Origin: a virus
Length of the DNA stretch: 64,000 bases
Strand: one strand, 5' to 3'
IMG/VR virus record: IMGVR_UViG_3300032050_000010
In this document: positions 51,148 to 62,000 of the stretch, piece after piece
Position numbering within the stretch: the stretch's first letter is position 1
How the letters are laid out: the number at the start of each line of letters is the position of its first letter
Program-made: the position numbers and the translations under genes
Notes under the pieces: generated by a model
What the model was told of the DNA's origin: nothing
The model's database searches: none
What the model saw: only the letters and a program-made list of their open reading frames with translations

Positions 51148-51636
51148 ATGGCAGAGACACTCTCAGTCACCGACATGCTTCCCAATAAGTTTGAGCCGAA
51201 GCGTCAGCATCGATGGGTTTTCGCACTTGAGGGTATCGACTCCTACCTCGTGACGAAAGCATCTCGCCCAACTTTCACGGGCGGTGAGATCGCCATCCCA
51301 TGGATCAATAGCACGCGCTACCTTGCAAAGAAGTTCACCTTTGGAACTATCAGCATCACACTTCACGATCCCATTGCACCCTCAGGTGCACAGCAGGTGA
51401 TGGAGTGGTTGCGCACGCACCAGGAGATGGTGAGCGGACGCGCCGGCTATGCTGACTTCTATAAGCGTGACTGCCAGCTCAAGATGATTGATCCAGTCGG
51501 TACAGTCGTTGAGCTTTGGGACTTTAAGGGAGCATTTCTTACAACAGCAACCTATGGCACTGTTGATTACAGCACAGACGAAATCATGAAGATTGATCTT
51601 ACACTTCGATTTGACAACTGCGTTCTCCAGTTCTGA
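51148..51636 (+). CDS. Tail tube protein (gp19-like)
   Basis: 162 aa after the sheaths; FEPKRQHRW, ITLHDPIAPSGAQQVMEW, VELWDFKGAF, LTLRFD. Confidence 0.88.
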   Translation: MAETLSVTDMLPNKFEPKRQHRWVFALEGIDSYLVTKASRPTFTGGEIAIPWINSTRYLAKKFTFGTISITLHDPIAPSGAQQVMEWLRTHQEMVSGRAGYADFYKRDCQLKMIDPVGTVVELWDFKGAFLTTATYGTVDYSTDEIMKIDLTLRFDNCVLQF

Positions 51637-51645
51637 TTTTTATTC

Positions 51646-51695
51646 TTTAACAACGATGATCTCCCACTTATACTTGTAAGTGGGAGATTTTACTT
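51646..51695 (+). promoter_or_regulatory. Perfect 12-bp inverted repeat overlapping a sigma70-like promoter and the downstream SD; possibly also a terminator
   Basis: atctcccactta (51659-70) / taagtgggagat (51677-88); TTTAAC (51646-51)-17-TATACT (51669-74); T-rich tail follows. Confidence 0.6.
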
Positions 51696-52552
51696 TGGCA
51701 CGTAAGAACGAGATTTTTGCCGGTAACCAGGCAACAACACAGAGAGCTGCGCCGATTGAGGGCGTGATGAGGCAAGATGTCTTAAAAGAGCTAGGATGGG
51801 AAGTTCCTGTCGATGTTGCGCCACTGCCATCACAAGGTGTTGTCTACCCAAAGAGTTCTGGATTGCACGGTAAGCAGTCTGTTGAAATTAAGTCAATGAC
51901 GGCAAAAGAGGAAGACATCCTCATGTCGCGTGCTTACAATAAGATGGGAACTACAATCACGGAACTGATTCGTTCTTGTCTTATTGATAAGACTTTCGAT
52001 CCTGCAGATCTTCTAATTGGTGATCGACAAGCGTTGATCGTTGCAATCAGAGTTACAGGTTATGGTCAGGATTATAAGTGTGACGTAAACTGCGGCGCAT
52101 GTGACAAGAGAGGCACAGACACGTTTGACTTAAGCACACTTGAAGTTGAGAATATCAAAGTTGATCCCGTAACACCTGGTGTAAATGAATTTGAAGTTGT
52201 CCTCCCGATCTCTAAGAAGCGCGTTATTATTAAATTTATGACAGGACGCGATGAGGAAGAGCTTTCGACTACAGTAGAACGCCGCCGCAAGATCTTCGGT
52301 GACCAAGCAGAGAATACGATTACGTCTAGATTGGCTCACCAGATCATCAGCATCGATGGTGTGACAGATAAGAATAAGATTAACATGTTTGCTATCAATA
52401 TGCCCGCAAGAGACAGTAAGTTCCTGCGTGACTTCGTTTTAAAGAATGAGCCAGGTTTAAAGATGCGTGTCCCATATAGATGCTCACACTGTGGTGAGAC
52501 AAGCGAGGTGGCCTTACCACTAGGCGCAAACTTTTTTTGGCCTCAAGACTGA
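51695..52552 (+). CDS. Tail/baseplate-hub assembly chaperone (T4 gp26-like)
   Basis: LPSQG..Y, MTAKEEDIL, LLIGDR..RVTGYG, CGAC, CSHC, ends NFFWP. Likely start TTG 51695 after GGGAG; the track starts at 51680. Confidence 0.75.
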   Translation: MARKNEIFAGNQATTQRAAPIEGVMRQDVLKELGWEVPVDVAPLPSQGVVYPKSSGLHGKQSVEIKSMTAKEEDILMSRAYNKMGTTITELIRSCLIDKTFDPADLLIGDRQALIVAIRVTGYGQDYKCDVNCGACDKRGTDTFDLSTLEVENIKVDPVTPGVNEFEVVLPISKKRVIIKFMTGRDEEELSTTVERRRKIFGDQAENTITSRLAHQIISIDGVTDKNKINMFAINMPARDSKFLRDFVLKNEPGLKMRVPYRCSHCGETSEVALPLGANFFWPQD

Positions 52553-52751
52553 GGATAAAGAAGTTCAGCTTGAGGAGTTCTACATCCTGACCACGAACTT
52601 CTCAATCTCTTTCTCTGACTTCTACAAGATGCCAATAAACGTGCGTCGCTGGATGATCAAAAAGATGATTAAGTTGAGGACACCTGAACAATCTGATCCA
52701 ATGCAGAACATGGACGTTCCAATCACGTCTCTTCTAAAGCGCGATAAGTAG
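52533..52751 (+). CDS. Frameshift-accessed extension of the chaperone (gpT / gp51-like), absent from the ORF track
   Basis: Frame opens after TAG 52521-23 and reads FFGLKTEDKEVQLEEFYILTTNFSISFSDFYKMPINVRRWMIKKMIKLR...RDK*. It has no ATG/GTG/TTG before 52629 and overlaps the T7 run at 52532-38. Confidence 0.7.
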   Translation, partial: FFGLKTEDKEVQLEEFYILTTNFSISFSDFYKMPINVRRWMIKKMIKLRTPEQSDPMQNMDVPITSLLKRDK

Positions 52752-52766
52752 CGTTAGGTGCACTAG

Positions 52767-55010
52767 ATGGCGAACGACCAACTTAAAGAAGAGCTAGAGC
52801 TACGAAAAGGAATTAATCGGGCTATAGCAGATCAAATTAAGCTGCAATCAATACAAAGCGGTAGAGCGACAGAAGCAGCTGCTGATGATCAAAGAAAACG
52901 TCTACTGGCAGATATTGAACAAACAGACAAAGCAACAGGGCACTTAAATACGCGCACAGCTCAGTATCGTCAAGAGAGCACACAGTATCGCGGCGCTCTC
53001 AGGCAGGAAGCACAGGCTGGAACAGACGCTTTCGAGGGCCTTCGCAAGATGACAGAAGGTCTTGCGACAGGCTTGTTTGAAGCCCGTCAGCGACTCATGG
53101 ATTTTTCTGCCGAGCGACGCGAGTCAGTTAGAGCCATTGCAGAGATCGTTGGTGGTTCATCACGTGCTTTCATGTTTATGGCAAATGATGCTACAAGTGC
53201 CGGAGAACAGATTGCAAGTTCTTTAGCTGGTACCACTGAGAAAGTAAATGACTATGTTAAAACTTTGGGCGGCCTCGCTGGCGAAACAGGCGCATTTACT
53301 GATGCACAGGCAAAATTCATCGGTGGTGTCAATGCTACAGACGACGCATTTTTGAACGCTCAAGGCGCAATGACTGAATTTTACGGTCTTGCAACAGGAT
53401 TTAGACGAGGTCAAGATGGCCAACTTGTCTCGGACTCGTTCTTCAAGGTGCAAGGTGTCCCACTTATGGATGTCATGGGTGGAACAATTGAAGCATTTCG
53501 TCCCTTTCTAGACCTGCTGCAGGATGATAACCTGCGTAAACCGTTCACTCGTGACATGCTCAACCCGCAAGACACAGAAGAGTCGCTCAAAGAGCTGAAG
53601 CGAATGGACGTTGCCATCAAAGCATTCAACTTGTCTAATGATCAAGTGACGCAATTTGTCCGTGAGTCATACATCCGAACTGGTAAGGCAAACACAGATT
53701 ACTTCAATGAAGTCGTGAAAGCAGCCGAGATGGGACAGAATGCGTTTGGCTACAACGCACAGCTCATCATCCACGACATCTCACGCATGTCGCAGAATAT
53801 TGACACGTTCGGTTTTAGGACAGCAGATGAGTTTGCCAAGATAGCAGCAAAAGCGCATGACGTTCACATAAGTGTAACAGAATTGCAAGGTGTGATGGGC
53901 AAGTTTGACACATTTGAGTCAGCTGCACAGACAGTAGGTCAGCTTAACTCAGCGCTAGGCACCAATTTTGATGCACTTGAATTGATGACCTTAAAGTACG
54001 AAGATCCTGCGATGATGTTAGAGCGGCTTCGTGAGGGCCTCATGTCGACAGGAAAGTCGTTTGAAGATATCCCGATCGGTTATAGGCGCATGATCACACA
54101 GCAGCTAGGAATATCACACGAGGGGCTGCGCGGTATGATGGACGGTTCCGTGCAGTCATTAGAAGAGCTCACACAGGCACAACAGCAGCAGCAAGATGAG
54201 ATGGGAAAGATGGACGCGGGCGCACAGCAAAAGGCACTCGATGCCCGTGTCGAGATGCGTGTGAAGATGTCGTCAGAGTTAATATCGTCTGCTGAAGATC
54301 TATCGCGTCAAGCTGAACGTGCTGCTAAACAGTATGCCAACGTTGGCCTCGAATTGTCAGAGACAGCTGAGCGCACAAATGATGCAGTCTCAAAGTTCGC
54401 GTCAAACTACCTTGAAAAAGTTGCACCTGCATACGAGCGTGTCGCGAAGGGCATTAGAGCTGTCGAGGCAGGCGTTGTCATGCTAGGTGAAGCAACAGCT
54501 GAGAAAGCACTATTGACAGTCGGAGAAAATGCATCAAAAATTGCAACTGCCATCCTAGATCAGGTCTTTGCAACGTTCGAGAAAGAGGTGATGTCTCAAC
54601 TAAGTGCTATGATGGTTGGAGCAGATGGCAGAGAACCACCAGAGCTTGTAAGAATTAGAGAAGGTTTGTCAAAAGCAAAACCAACACAATTGCAGGACGC
54701 CTACATCACACCCGGCACCGATCGCGCTGTCATTGCTACAGGCTTCGGCCAGTTAGATGAACAGTTGTATGAAATCAGACCGGAAGACGCGGTGACTATA
54801 AAACCGGAGCGCGCGCCAGGTGCTGCACCGCAGCCAGAACCGCAGCAAGCACAGCGCACCAACCTCCCAGCTGTGTCTGACACCATCCGCGCGTCCTTAC
54901 AGGGGGTCGGCACCTCACTTCGCATCGAGCTTGACGTGGGCCAGCTGACTGAACTCGTCCTTCGTGATATCATGATGAACAAGCCTAACGTCTTCGGCGG
55001 GATAGGCTGA
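52767..55010 (+). CDS. Tape measure protein (probable)
   Basis: 747 aa, Ala/Glu/Gln-rich and helical; follows the chaperone; FDTFESAAQTVGQLNSALG. Confidence 0.7.
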   Translation: MANDQLKEELELRKGINRAIADQIKLQSIQSGRATEAAADDQRKRLLADIEQTDKATGHLNTRTAQYRQESTQYRGALRQEAQAGTDAFEGLRKMTEGLATGLFEARQRLMDFSAERRESVRAIAEIVGGSSRAFMFMANDATSAGEQIASSLAGTTEKVNDYVKTLGGLAGETGAFTDAQAKFIGGVNATDDAFLNAQGAMTEFYGLATGFRRGQDGQLVSDSFFKVQGVPLMDVMGGTIEAFRPFLDLLQDDNLRKPFTRDMLNPQDTEESLKELKRMDVAIKAFNLSNDQVTQFVRESYIRTGKANTDYFNEVVKAAEMGQNAFGYNAQLIIHDISRMSQNIDTFGFRTADEFAKIAAKAHDVHISVTELQGVMGKFDTFESAAQTVGQLNSALGTNFDALELMTLKYEDPAMMLERLREGLMSTGKSFEDIPIGYRRMITQQLGISHEGLRGMMDGSVQSLEELTQAQQQQQDEMGKMDAGAQQKALDARVEMRVKMSSELISSAEDLSRQAERAAKQYANVGLELSETAERTNDAVSKFASNYLEKVAPAYERVAKGIRAVEAGVVMLGEATAEKALLTVGENASKIATAILDQVFATFEKEVMSQLSAMMVGADGREPPELVRIREGLSKAKPTQLQDAYITPGTDRAVIATGFGQLDEQLYEIRPEDAVTIKPERAPGAAPQPEPQQAQRTNLPAVSDTIRASLQGVGTSLRIELDVGQLTELVLRDIMMNKPNVFGGIG

Positions 55011-55213
55011 TGCACGTCAGAGATCTCCTTGATCTGACAGTTGAAGAGCAGGCAGCACTGCAGCATTTTGAGAAGGAGCTCGATCGCCTCGCAGCCTCCT
55101 CACCTCCCGTGATCTCAGAGACAGAGATAAGTAAGATTGAGACATCGTTAACCAGCATCATCGAGGAGATCGTCGACCGTGGCAGAAAGCAGGCAAACAA
55201 GAGCAACGCTTAG
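55010..55213 (+). CDS. Small hypothetical protein
   Basis: 67 aa, TGATG-coupled to the tape measure gene. Confidence 0.45.
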   Translation: MHVRDLLDLTVEEQAALQHFEKELDRLAASSPPVISETEISKIETSLTSIIEEIVDRGRKQANKSNA

Positions 55214-58200
55214 AGATTTTCTCGCCGCCCGTGGGTCGAGTGCGTCATCTATCACACTGACACCTGATGCATCCAGCTCACCTCCAGGCGGTGCCTTCAA
55301 TGAAGGCGACGACCTCGGCGTTGATCCGAACACTGCAGAGCCGCTGCTCGGGCTCGACGGCTTGGCGGCAGCATATGTCGCCTTCCTAACACAGCAGAGT
55401 GGCAACCTCTACGAGATCACACCGCAAGGTGAGGAAGCACCCTCATCTAACCGAGGTGATCAGCTCCAAGATCCTAGTCAGCAAGGTGCTGCTCGCGTCT
55501 TTGTCAGGCCAGGTACGACGCTGGGTCAGGCGATGCAGCTATCCAACAGCGGCATACAAGATGCCACTGACTATCCTATCGCATCTTACCTCGACAAGAC
55601 GGGCGGCAATCCTGATCTGAGCGGCGACGGATTACTTGCGTCAGTTTTGGGTCGACCTCTGGATTTGACAGGTAATCCAGAGATTGACACGCCAGTCAAC
55701 ACAGCCACGCAGAGTGGAAAGATGCAGACAGGTGTCCTGCAGACGCTTGACAACAATAACAGAGCTGCACCTCCGATTGAGCCCGGCTCACTGTCGACAG
55801 TCGCGATCCCAAATCGCATAACGATCAACGAGATCGACCAACAACCGCTGCAATCGGCACAGCGAGCGTTTGGTGACTACGTCAAGGATGACGGTGCCAC
55901 ATCCCAATCTTACACATACGACAGGTTGCGGAATGTAGGCGCTTGGCTGATCGCGTCTGCAGCGGGTTACAACATGCCTGCAGGCGAGAATGAGCCCCAA
56001 GATATCGAGCAGTTCTTCACACAGGGCATCAATCCCGACGCTCGCATCAGCACCGTTGCCAATCAGCTTGCCACCAAACGAGGCAACGACACGATCACAC
56101 AGGACGACACGGTGGCATCCAACGCGCCAGGCTATCCCAAGCAAGCGTCGGGTGCCTCCATGCGCGCCGACCGTGGCGTGGTCAAGCCACCCGATGAAGA
56201 TGCACCCTACTCTGAGCAGACAACGACGTCTTATACGTCTGAGACGCCCTTCTCTGACACGTCCCGACAAGGTAATGCAAAGCTGGCACAAGCAAAGGCG
56301 CTCCTCGCGATCACCCGCTTGGCAGAGCTAGTCAACACTGATCTTGTGCAGGATCCAGACAGTGCCTTGGGGTTAACAAGTGAGTTGAAGAGTTTAGGGC
56401 CCTACTTCATGGGCGGATCTATCTATGGGCGCGTCAACGCGATGCACAGGATGATCTTGAGTGTCACATATGTTCCAACTCGCAACGCGTACAAGGATGC
56501 TGTCGTCGCTGGCATGGGGGTCATGCTAGGTAAGGATCTGAGCAAGAGTGGGTCACCCCGCCAGATCGGCGATTACTACGGTGCGATGCCGTCATCACCT
56601 GGCTTCTGGGAGGCAGTTGCAAAATCTGCAGTTGACACTATCAGGCAGATGCGCATACCTAGCGACGTTGCAGATAGCGTATCACCACAGTACTACGTCG
56701 ATCTAAGTAGAAGCAAGGCAGTTAAGATGATGAATGCGTTCGCCACAGTCGGTGACATCATCCTCCAGGTGACAGGCAAAACGTTCGACCCAGAGACGAT
56801 TGGCTCCGACATAAGGACAGCAGCAGGGATCGAGCAAGTTGACGATCTACCCGTGACGGCAGGCACACGCATCTCGAAGAGCAGAGAGGGCTTGGGCAGG
56901 TCGCCACTCGCGCTCAGCTGGCGCGGTAGTAGCCTACCCGGCCTCTACATGCTGTCAGACGACGTCGTGCGAGCGTCACTGCAGATGGGTAACCTGCTAA
57001 CAGGTGAGAACCCAGCACGAGGCATGCTCGCCTCCTCGTTGATCGACAAGACGTACACGGATCCCACGCTGAAGGGCTCCAAGGCACGTATTCCAGGCGA
57101 CATCGTCAAGATCATCGAGGACAAGCTCGACGCCGAGTACGTCCCTTTCTACTTCCACGACCTCCGCACTAACGAGATCATCTCCTTCCACGCGTTCCTG
57201 GAGCAGCTATCTGACACATTTGCAGCTAACTACTCCTCCTATAAGACGTACGGTCGCGCCGACCCGATCCAGATGTACTCATCTACCACCCGTACGCTAT
57301 CGCTATCGTTCACGATCGCTGCGACATCCCGTGATGACTTTGATGAGATGTGGTATAAGGTCAATCGTCTAATTGCTTCGACCTATCCCAAGTACACGAA
57401 GGGACAGAGCGTAGAAAACTTAGCGAGCGGAATTAAGTTTGAGCAACCCTTCAGTCAGGTCATCGGTGCAACTCCGATCACACGGTTGCGCATCGGCGAC
57501 GTTGTCAAGAGCAACTACTCGCGCTTTAATCTTGCTCGCTTCTTCGGCATCGGCAGCGAAGGCACAGACGTGAGTAAGTTTGACAAAAACAAAAGCAACG
57601 CTCCGGCAGCAATACAGACACCCACTCCAGAGACGCCAGCGCAGGCCGTAGCAAGTGGTTTGGCAGGGTTCTTTGGCCTTGGAAAGCGTGCAGAAAACTT
57701 ATCAATGTTAAAATTCTATGCTCTGTTTGGCTCACCTGTCAAAAGCGCTGCTTCTGCATTTGATCCCGAGAAAGTGAATAACGCTAAAGTTCTCAATACA
57801 GCAGCGACAAACATTGCATCAAACTTCTTAGTCAACGGGTTTGTCAATCCTTTAGGCTACGGATTGATGACGGCTGGTACTCAAAATCCTGACAATCCTA
57901 ACAACACAGATCTTGAGAGCGCTTTTGGCGTATCTGATGCACAGAATGGGGGATTTGTTCCCAATTTAACGGTCGCATTTTTAAAGCCTAGAGAGCGCGC
58001 GTATGACACAGTTGATGCTGCTGGAAATGTGATTGGTAAGTTTACAGCCCGCCGGTCGCTCAAAGTTCATATCCTGCGGCGCCTGGAGCACACAGATAGA
58101 TCAACTTTCCGAAATGAACCTTGGAGCACAATTAATCATATTGCCGATCAAGATGTGACCACAAGAGAGACACACTACATCGTGACAGTGATCGATCCCA

Positions 58201-58781
58201 CACAGTTTAACCCAGCAAATCGCGACGGTGAGAGTGACAAAGCTGCAGGTGAAAACATTTTGGTCACTCACGATGACCTGCAGCCAGATCTTGGCAGTGT
58301 CTTCTCACCTGCAGCTTTAGCCATCAATCCAGCTGGAACTTTGATAGATGCAGTTCTAACAGGTGTAGACACAGTAGCTGCAGTTGGCAATTTAAACGTC
58401 TCAAGCCTCATTGACAATGCAACTGACACAGGCGTCAAGGGTTTCATGTCTCCCGAGAACAACACAATAGTCAGATCATTTGAGCACAACAAGGGTCGCG
58501 GCCTCGCAGGCGTCATCAAGCAGCTTTCCTTCAACTGGATCGACTTCAACTGGGAAACTGACTGGGGTGCCCGCGCCCCAATGGGCACGAAAGTGACGAT
58601 CTCCTTCGAGTGCATCCACGACCTCCCACCTGGCCTTGATGAGAGCGGTTACATGCGTGCTCCGACCCATAACGTTGGCTCTATCATGAACACAATCGCA
58701 GGTGACCCGTATGACGATGGTGGCACGATCTCTCGGGCGAACTTCTCAAGGCAGGGTGCCTCTAGTGTGGTGAAGAAGTAA
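55179..58781 (+). CDS. Large baseplate/tail-tube-initiator-like protein (gp48/gp54/gpU-like domain in the C-terminal half)
   Basis: 1200 aa; FHAFLEQLSDTF...YGRADPIQMYSSTTRTLSLSF...PITRLRIGD and GVIKQLSFNW..WETD..APMGTKVTISF. Confidence 0.6.
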   Translation: MAESRQTRATLRDFLAARGSSASSITLTPDASSSPPGGAFNEGDDLGVDPNTAEPLLGLDGLAAAYVAFLTQQSGNLYEITPQGEEAPSSNRGDQLQDPSQQGAARVFVRPGTTLGQAMQLSNSGIQDATDYPIASYLDKTGGNPDLSGDGLLASVLGRPLDLTGNPEIDTPVNTATQSGKMQTGVLQTLDNNNRAAPPIEPGSLSTVAIPNRITINEIDQQPLQSAQRAFGDYVKDDGATSQSYTYDRLRNVGAWLIASAAGYNMPAGENEPQDIEQFFTQGINPDARISTVANQLATKRGNDTITQDDTVASNAPGYPKQASGASMRADRGVVKPPDEDAPYSEQTTTSYTSETPFSDTSRQGNAKLAQAKALLAITRLAELVNTDLVQDPDSALGLTSELKSLGPYFMGGSIYGRVNAMHRMILSVTYVPTRNAYKDAVVAGMGVMLGKDLSKSGSPRQIGDYYGAMPSSPGFWEAVAKSAVDTIRQMRIPSDVADSVSPQYYVDLSRSKAVKMMNAFATVGDIILQVTGKTFDPETIGSDIRTAAGIEQVDDLPVTAGTRISKSREGLGRSPLALSWRGSSLPGLYMLSDDVVRASLQMGNLLTGENPARGMLASSLIDKTYTDPTLKGSKARIPGDIVKIIEDKLDAEYVPFYFHDLRTNEIISFHAFLEQLSDTFAANYSSYKTYGRADPIQMYSSTTRTLSLSFTIAATSRDDFDEMWYKVNRLIASTYPKYTKGQSVENLASGIKFEQPFSQVIGATPITRLRIGDVVKSNYSRFNLARFFGIGSEGTDVSKFDKNKSNAPAAIQTPTPETPAQAVASGLAGFFGLGKRAENLSMLKFYALFGSPVKSAASAFDPEKVNNAKVLNTAATNIASNFLVNGFVNPLGYGLMTAGTQNPDNPNNTDLESAFGVSDAQNGGFVPNLTVAFLKPRERAYDTVDAAGNVIGKFTARRSLKVHILRRLEHTDRSTFRNEPWSTINHIADQDVTTRETHYIVTVIDPTQFNPANRDGESDKAAGENILVTHDDLQPDLGSVFSPAALAINPAGTLIDAVLTGVDTVAAVGNLNVSSLIDNATDTGVKGFMSPENNTIVRSFEHNKGRGLAGVIKQLSFNWIDFNWETDWGARAPMGTKVTISFECIHDLPPGLDESGYMRAPTHNVGSIMNTIAGDPYDDGGTISRANFSRQGASSVVKK

Positions 58782-59077
58782 TGGCAAGAAGCAGATACAC
58801 ATTCGTGAGCCGCATCAACAACGGGCAAGGGATCGCCAACTGGCTGGGTGGGGCGACGATCTTCAACGCCGTGCTGTCAGGTGAGCTTGAAGCTGACACA
58901 ATCGTCCTGACACAGGGGCAGCGACTTGACCACCTCGCAGGTCAGTACTACGGCAACGGTAGATACTGGTGGATCATCGCAGCAGCAAGTGGAATTGGTT
59001 GGTCATTGCAGTGCCCGCCCGGCACCGTTGTTAAGATCCCCAAAAACCTCGACGCAGCGTTGAGCATCGGACGTTAA
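58781..59077 (+). CDS. LysM-like baseplate protein (gp53 / P2 gpX-like)
   Basis: 98 aa; GQRLDHLAGQYYGNGRYWWIIAAAS...PGTVVKIP. Confidence 0.8.
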   Translation: MARSRYTFVSRINNGQGIANWLGGATIFNAVLSGELEADTIVLTQGQRLDHLAGQYYGNGRYWWIIAAASGIGWSLQCPPGTVVKIPKNLDAALSIGR

Positions 59078-59078
59078 T

Positions 59079-62000
59079 ATGGGCAAGACTGTCAACCCCT
59101 CTCTAAACAACACAAACTTCACGCCAACATCTGAGCTGCAGGTTGCTTACAAAGAGCTACGTGAGTACCTGACGCTGAGAAGTAACAATGAGCTACTCGA
59201 AGACACATCAGCCAGCGCATCTTCATCAAAGACAAGTAACAATCAATCTAATAATACACTTGGAATATCAACAATTCTATCACCCGATGGCGCATTTTTC
59301 TCAAAAGATATTCCTGACATTCTAAAGCAGTTAAATCTGCAACCTGCAACTGAATTTGGTGCAAAAGACACAGGTGATATTAATGTGTACGGCTCAGTTG
59401 ATAGTGATTATGGAGAAAATTTATTCCATGCACTTAATATACAACCTGATGCCTTTGATCTTAGCAATGAAGTAACAAGACAACAAAAGCTCACAATCGC
59501 ACTTGATAGATTTAAGCAAATTGAAGAATTAACGAGTAAATCAAGGCCTTTAGCAACAACGATCCAAGGTTTGCTCGACCAGCTTAGTGTGCTGAGTTCA
59601 GATAAATCCGTATCACTTAACGATCCAAGAATTTTGGCGCTAAACGAAAGAATTGATTCATTGCAGCAAGATTTGAAAAAATTACAGGAACAAACAAGCG
59701 CTCTAAAGGCAAAAAAAATTGAATCGTATAGTGACGCCGAAAGATTTTCAAATCAAAATACACGCTCTGCACTAAATTTAGATACAATTAATTTAGTTTC
59801 TCTTTATCGACACGTTGCGCAGTATCTCGACCCCGCTTCAACAGCTTCTGACTATTGCAACGTCTTCTTTAACGCCATCGACAGCATCAACATGTCGATG
59901 TGCGTACCATTTTTTCGGCTCAACATCATCGATCGATTTGCAAAGAAGAAAGGACGCTACTCAAAGCTGTCACTATCAGCTTTTTTGAAGCAGACAACTA
60001 ACACAACGGGTGACAAGATCTTTTATGAAGCAGAACCGTTCACGACGAACGCATCTGTATCAGTGGCAAAGAAGTTAAGAAGCGGTAAAGTTATCAGTAC
60101 AGAGGCATTTTTTGCACCCCAGACACTGTTACCCGACCCTACAGAAATCTTGTCAAATCCTCGTCGACTTGATACATCTGTCCCACTACTGTCTCTTAAC
60201 AGCTTCAGCATTGGAATTGAGACTGTAGGCATTGCGCTTTTATCAAAGAAGACAGCAGATCTGTCTATTACACTACACGATCGCTCAAGGCTGTCAGATA
60301 TTTCACCTCTTGTGTCAGTAGGCAACTTCTCATCTTTGTATTTCGAGATCGAATGGGGCTGGACGCATCCTCATGGTGAAGCAAAGTTTGATAATCATGT
60401 TGCACGCTACCTCAACTCACTGAGATATCGTGAAGTTTTTTCACCTACGTCCTACAACATGACAATGGCAGACGGCGGTGCAATGAACATTAATATCCGG
60501 CTCATCGGCGGCGGTTCGCTCGATGCAGTTAACGGCTCGATCTTGAACGGTGGGTTCTTGACAAGAGCATACGCATCCCAGATGCTTGACAAGCTGATTA
60601 AAACAGAAATCGCCGAAGAAGACGGTGAGCAAGCAGCTGCAGAAGAGATTAGAACTGTGACCAAAGTTCTAGTTGACAAATCTAGAACTGCAGACATGGT
60701 CGATGGATCTTTTGTGAAATCTTTGTGGGCGTATGTCGAAGGTGATGATAGGTCTGCCCCAGCGCGAGCTAAGCTTATCACCAATCTGCAATCTATTTTA
60801 GATCAAAGTGATTACTATAGAAATAGTGAGATATTTGATTTAATTAGAAAAAAAATACCAGTTCCTAGCTATCCACCGTCTGCTGAAAGATTTAAGAGAT
60901 TAAAAAGTAAATATAGCACGCAAGTTGTCGAACAAGATTTCACGTCAGTGGCCAGTTATCTTGCTCTTTTGGTTGGCATGCCGCTTGCATCGACAGGCCT
61001 CTACTCAGAAGTGCAAATACACACTTTTAAATTTAATGCTGAGGCAGGTGCGATGGCGGGGTGCCAGATCTCTGACGCACCTATACGAGTTGCTGATGTT
61101 TTAAAGCATCCAGATCAAGAGAACTCGCTTGCACAGAACACTAGCATCTCAAATGCGCTATCTCTTCTTGCCAACTATCTCAGCAATCCTAAACAACCGT
61201 TATATGAAATTTCATCAGACACGCAGTATTCACAGATAAAAGTTGACGACACGCGGCGTGAGATGGGTGATCCTGCTGCTGCTCCCGACAAAAATGCCCA
61301 AGAAAAAGCGGATGTTTTTGAGAAGCCCGACAGCTTCACGACACCTAACATTAGATACATCATCAGAAGCATTCCTGCCAAAGAGTATACGAATGAGAGC
61401 AAGAAGACAATCGCCGATTACGTTGTTAATCCTGAGAAGCTAATTGCGCAAGTCATCATCTACGATGCAAATTCTTCTCCAAACTATGACAAGATCATCG
61501 GAGCTTATAGCTATGGCAAACTTTCAGGAAAAGATGGTAAAACAATCAAACCTGACTTCGCCAAGGATGTCTTCAAGCGCGCTTTTCCAAGCATTGTCTA
61601 CGGCGCCACAAATTCAATGTTGAAGTCAGTCAACGTCTCAACTGACATTAACAACGTAATCTCTCAACAGAACATCCTTGACATAGGAAAGGACATTTAT
61701 CTAGGGCGCAGTAAGTCAGATGCGTCAACAGATGTGAGCGAGATCGCTCTCTTCCCGGGTTCTGTGACTGTATCAATGATTGGGCTGCCTATCATCGAAC
61801 GTGGGCAGGAAGTCTACCTCGACTTGGGCACTGGGACAACTCTCGACGCCCTCTACTACGTTACGTCAGTCAAGCACGAATTCCGACCAGGAGAGTTCAC
61901 TACTAACCTCACACTGACTTACAAGGGACAAGGCTCAGTGATGAGTTTGGATACAATGCTCAAGCAGTTTAATGACACGCTGACACAAGCAGAGAAAGCA

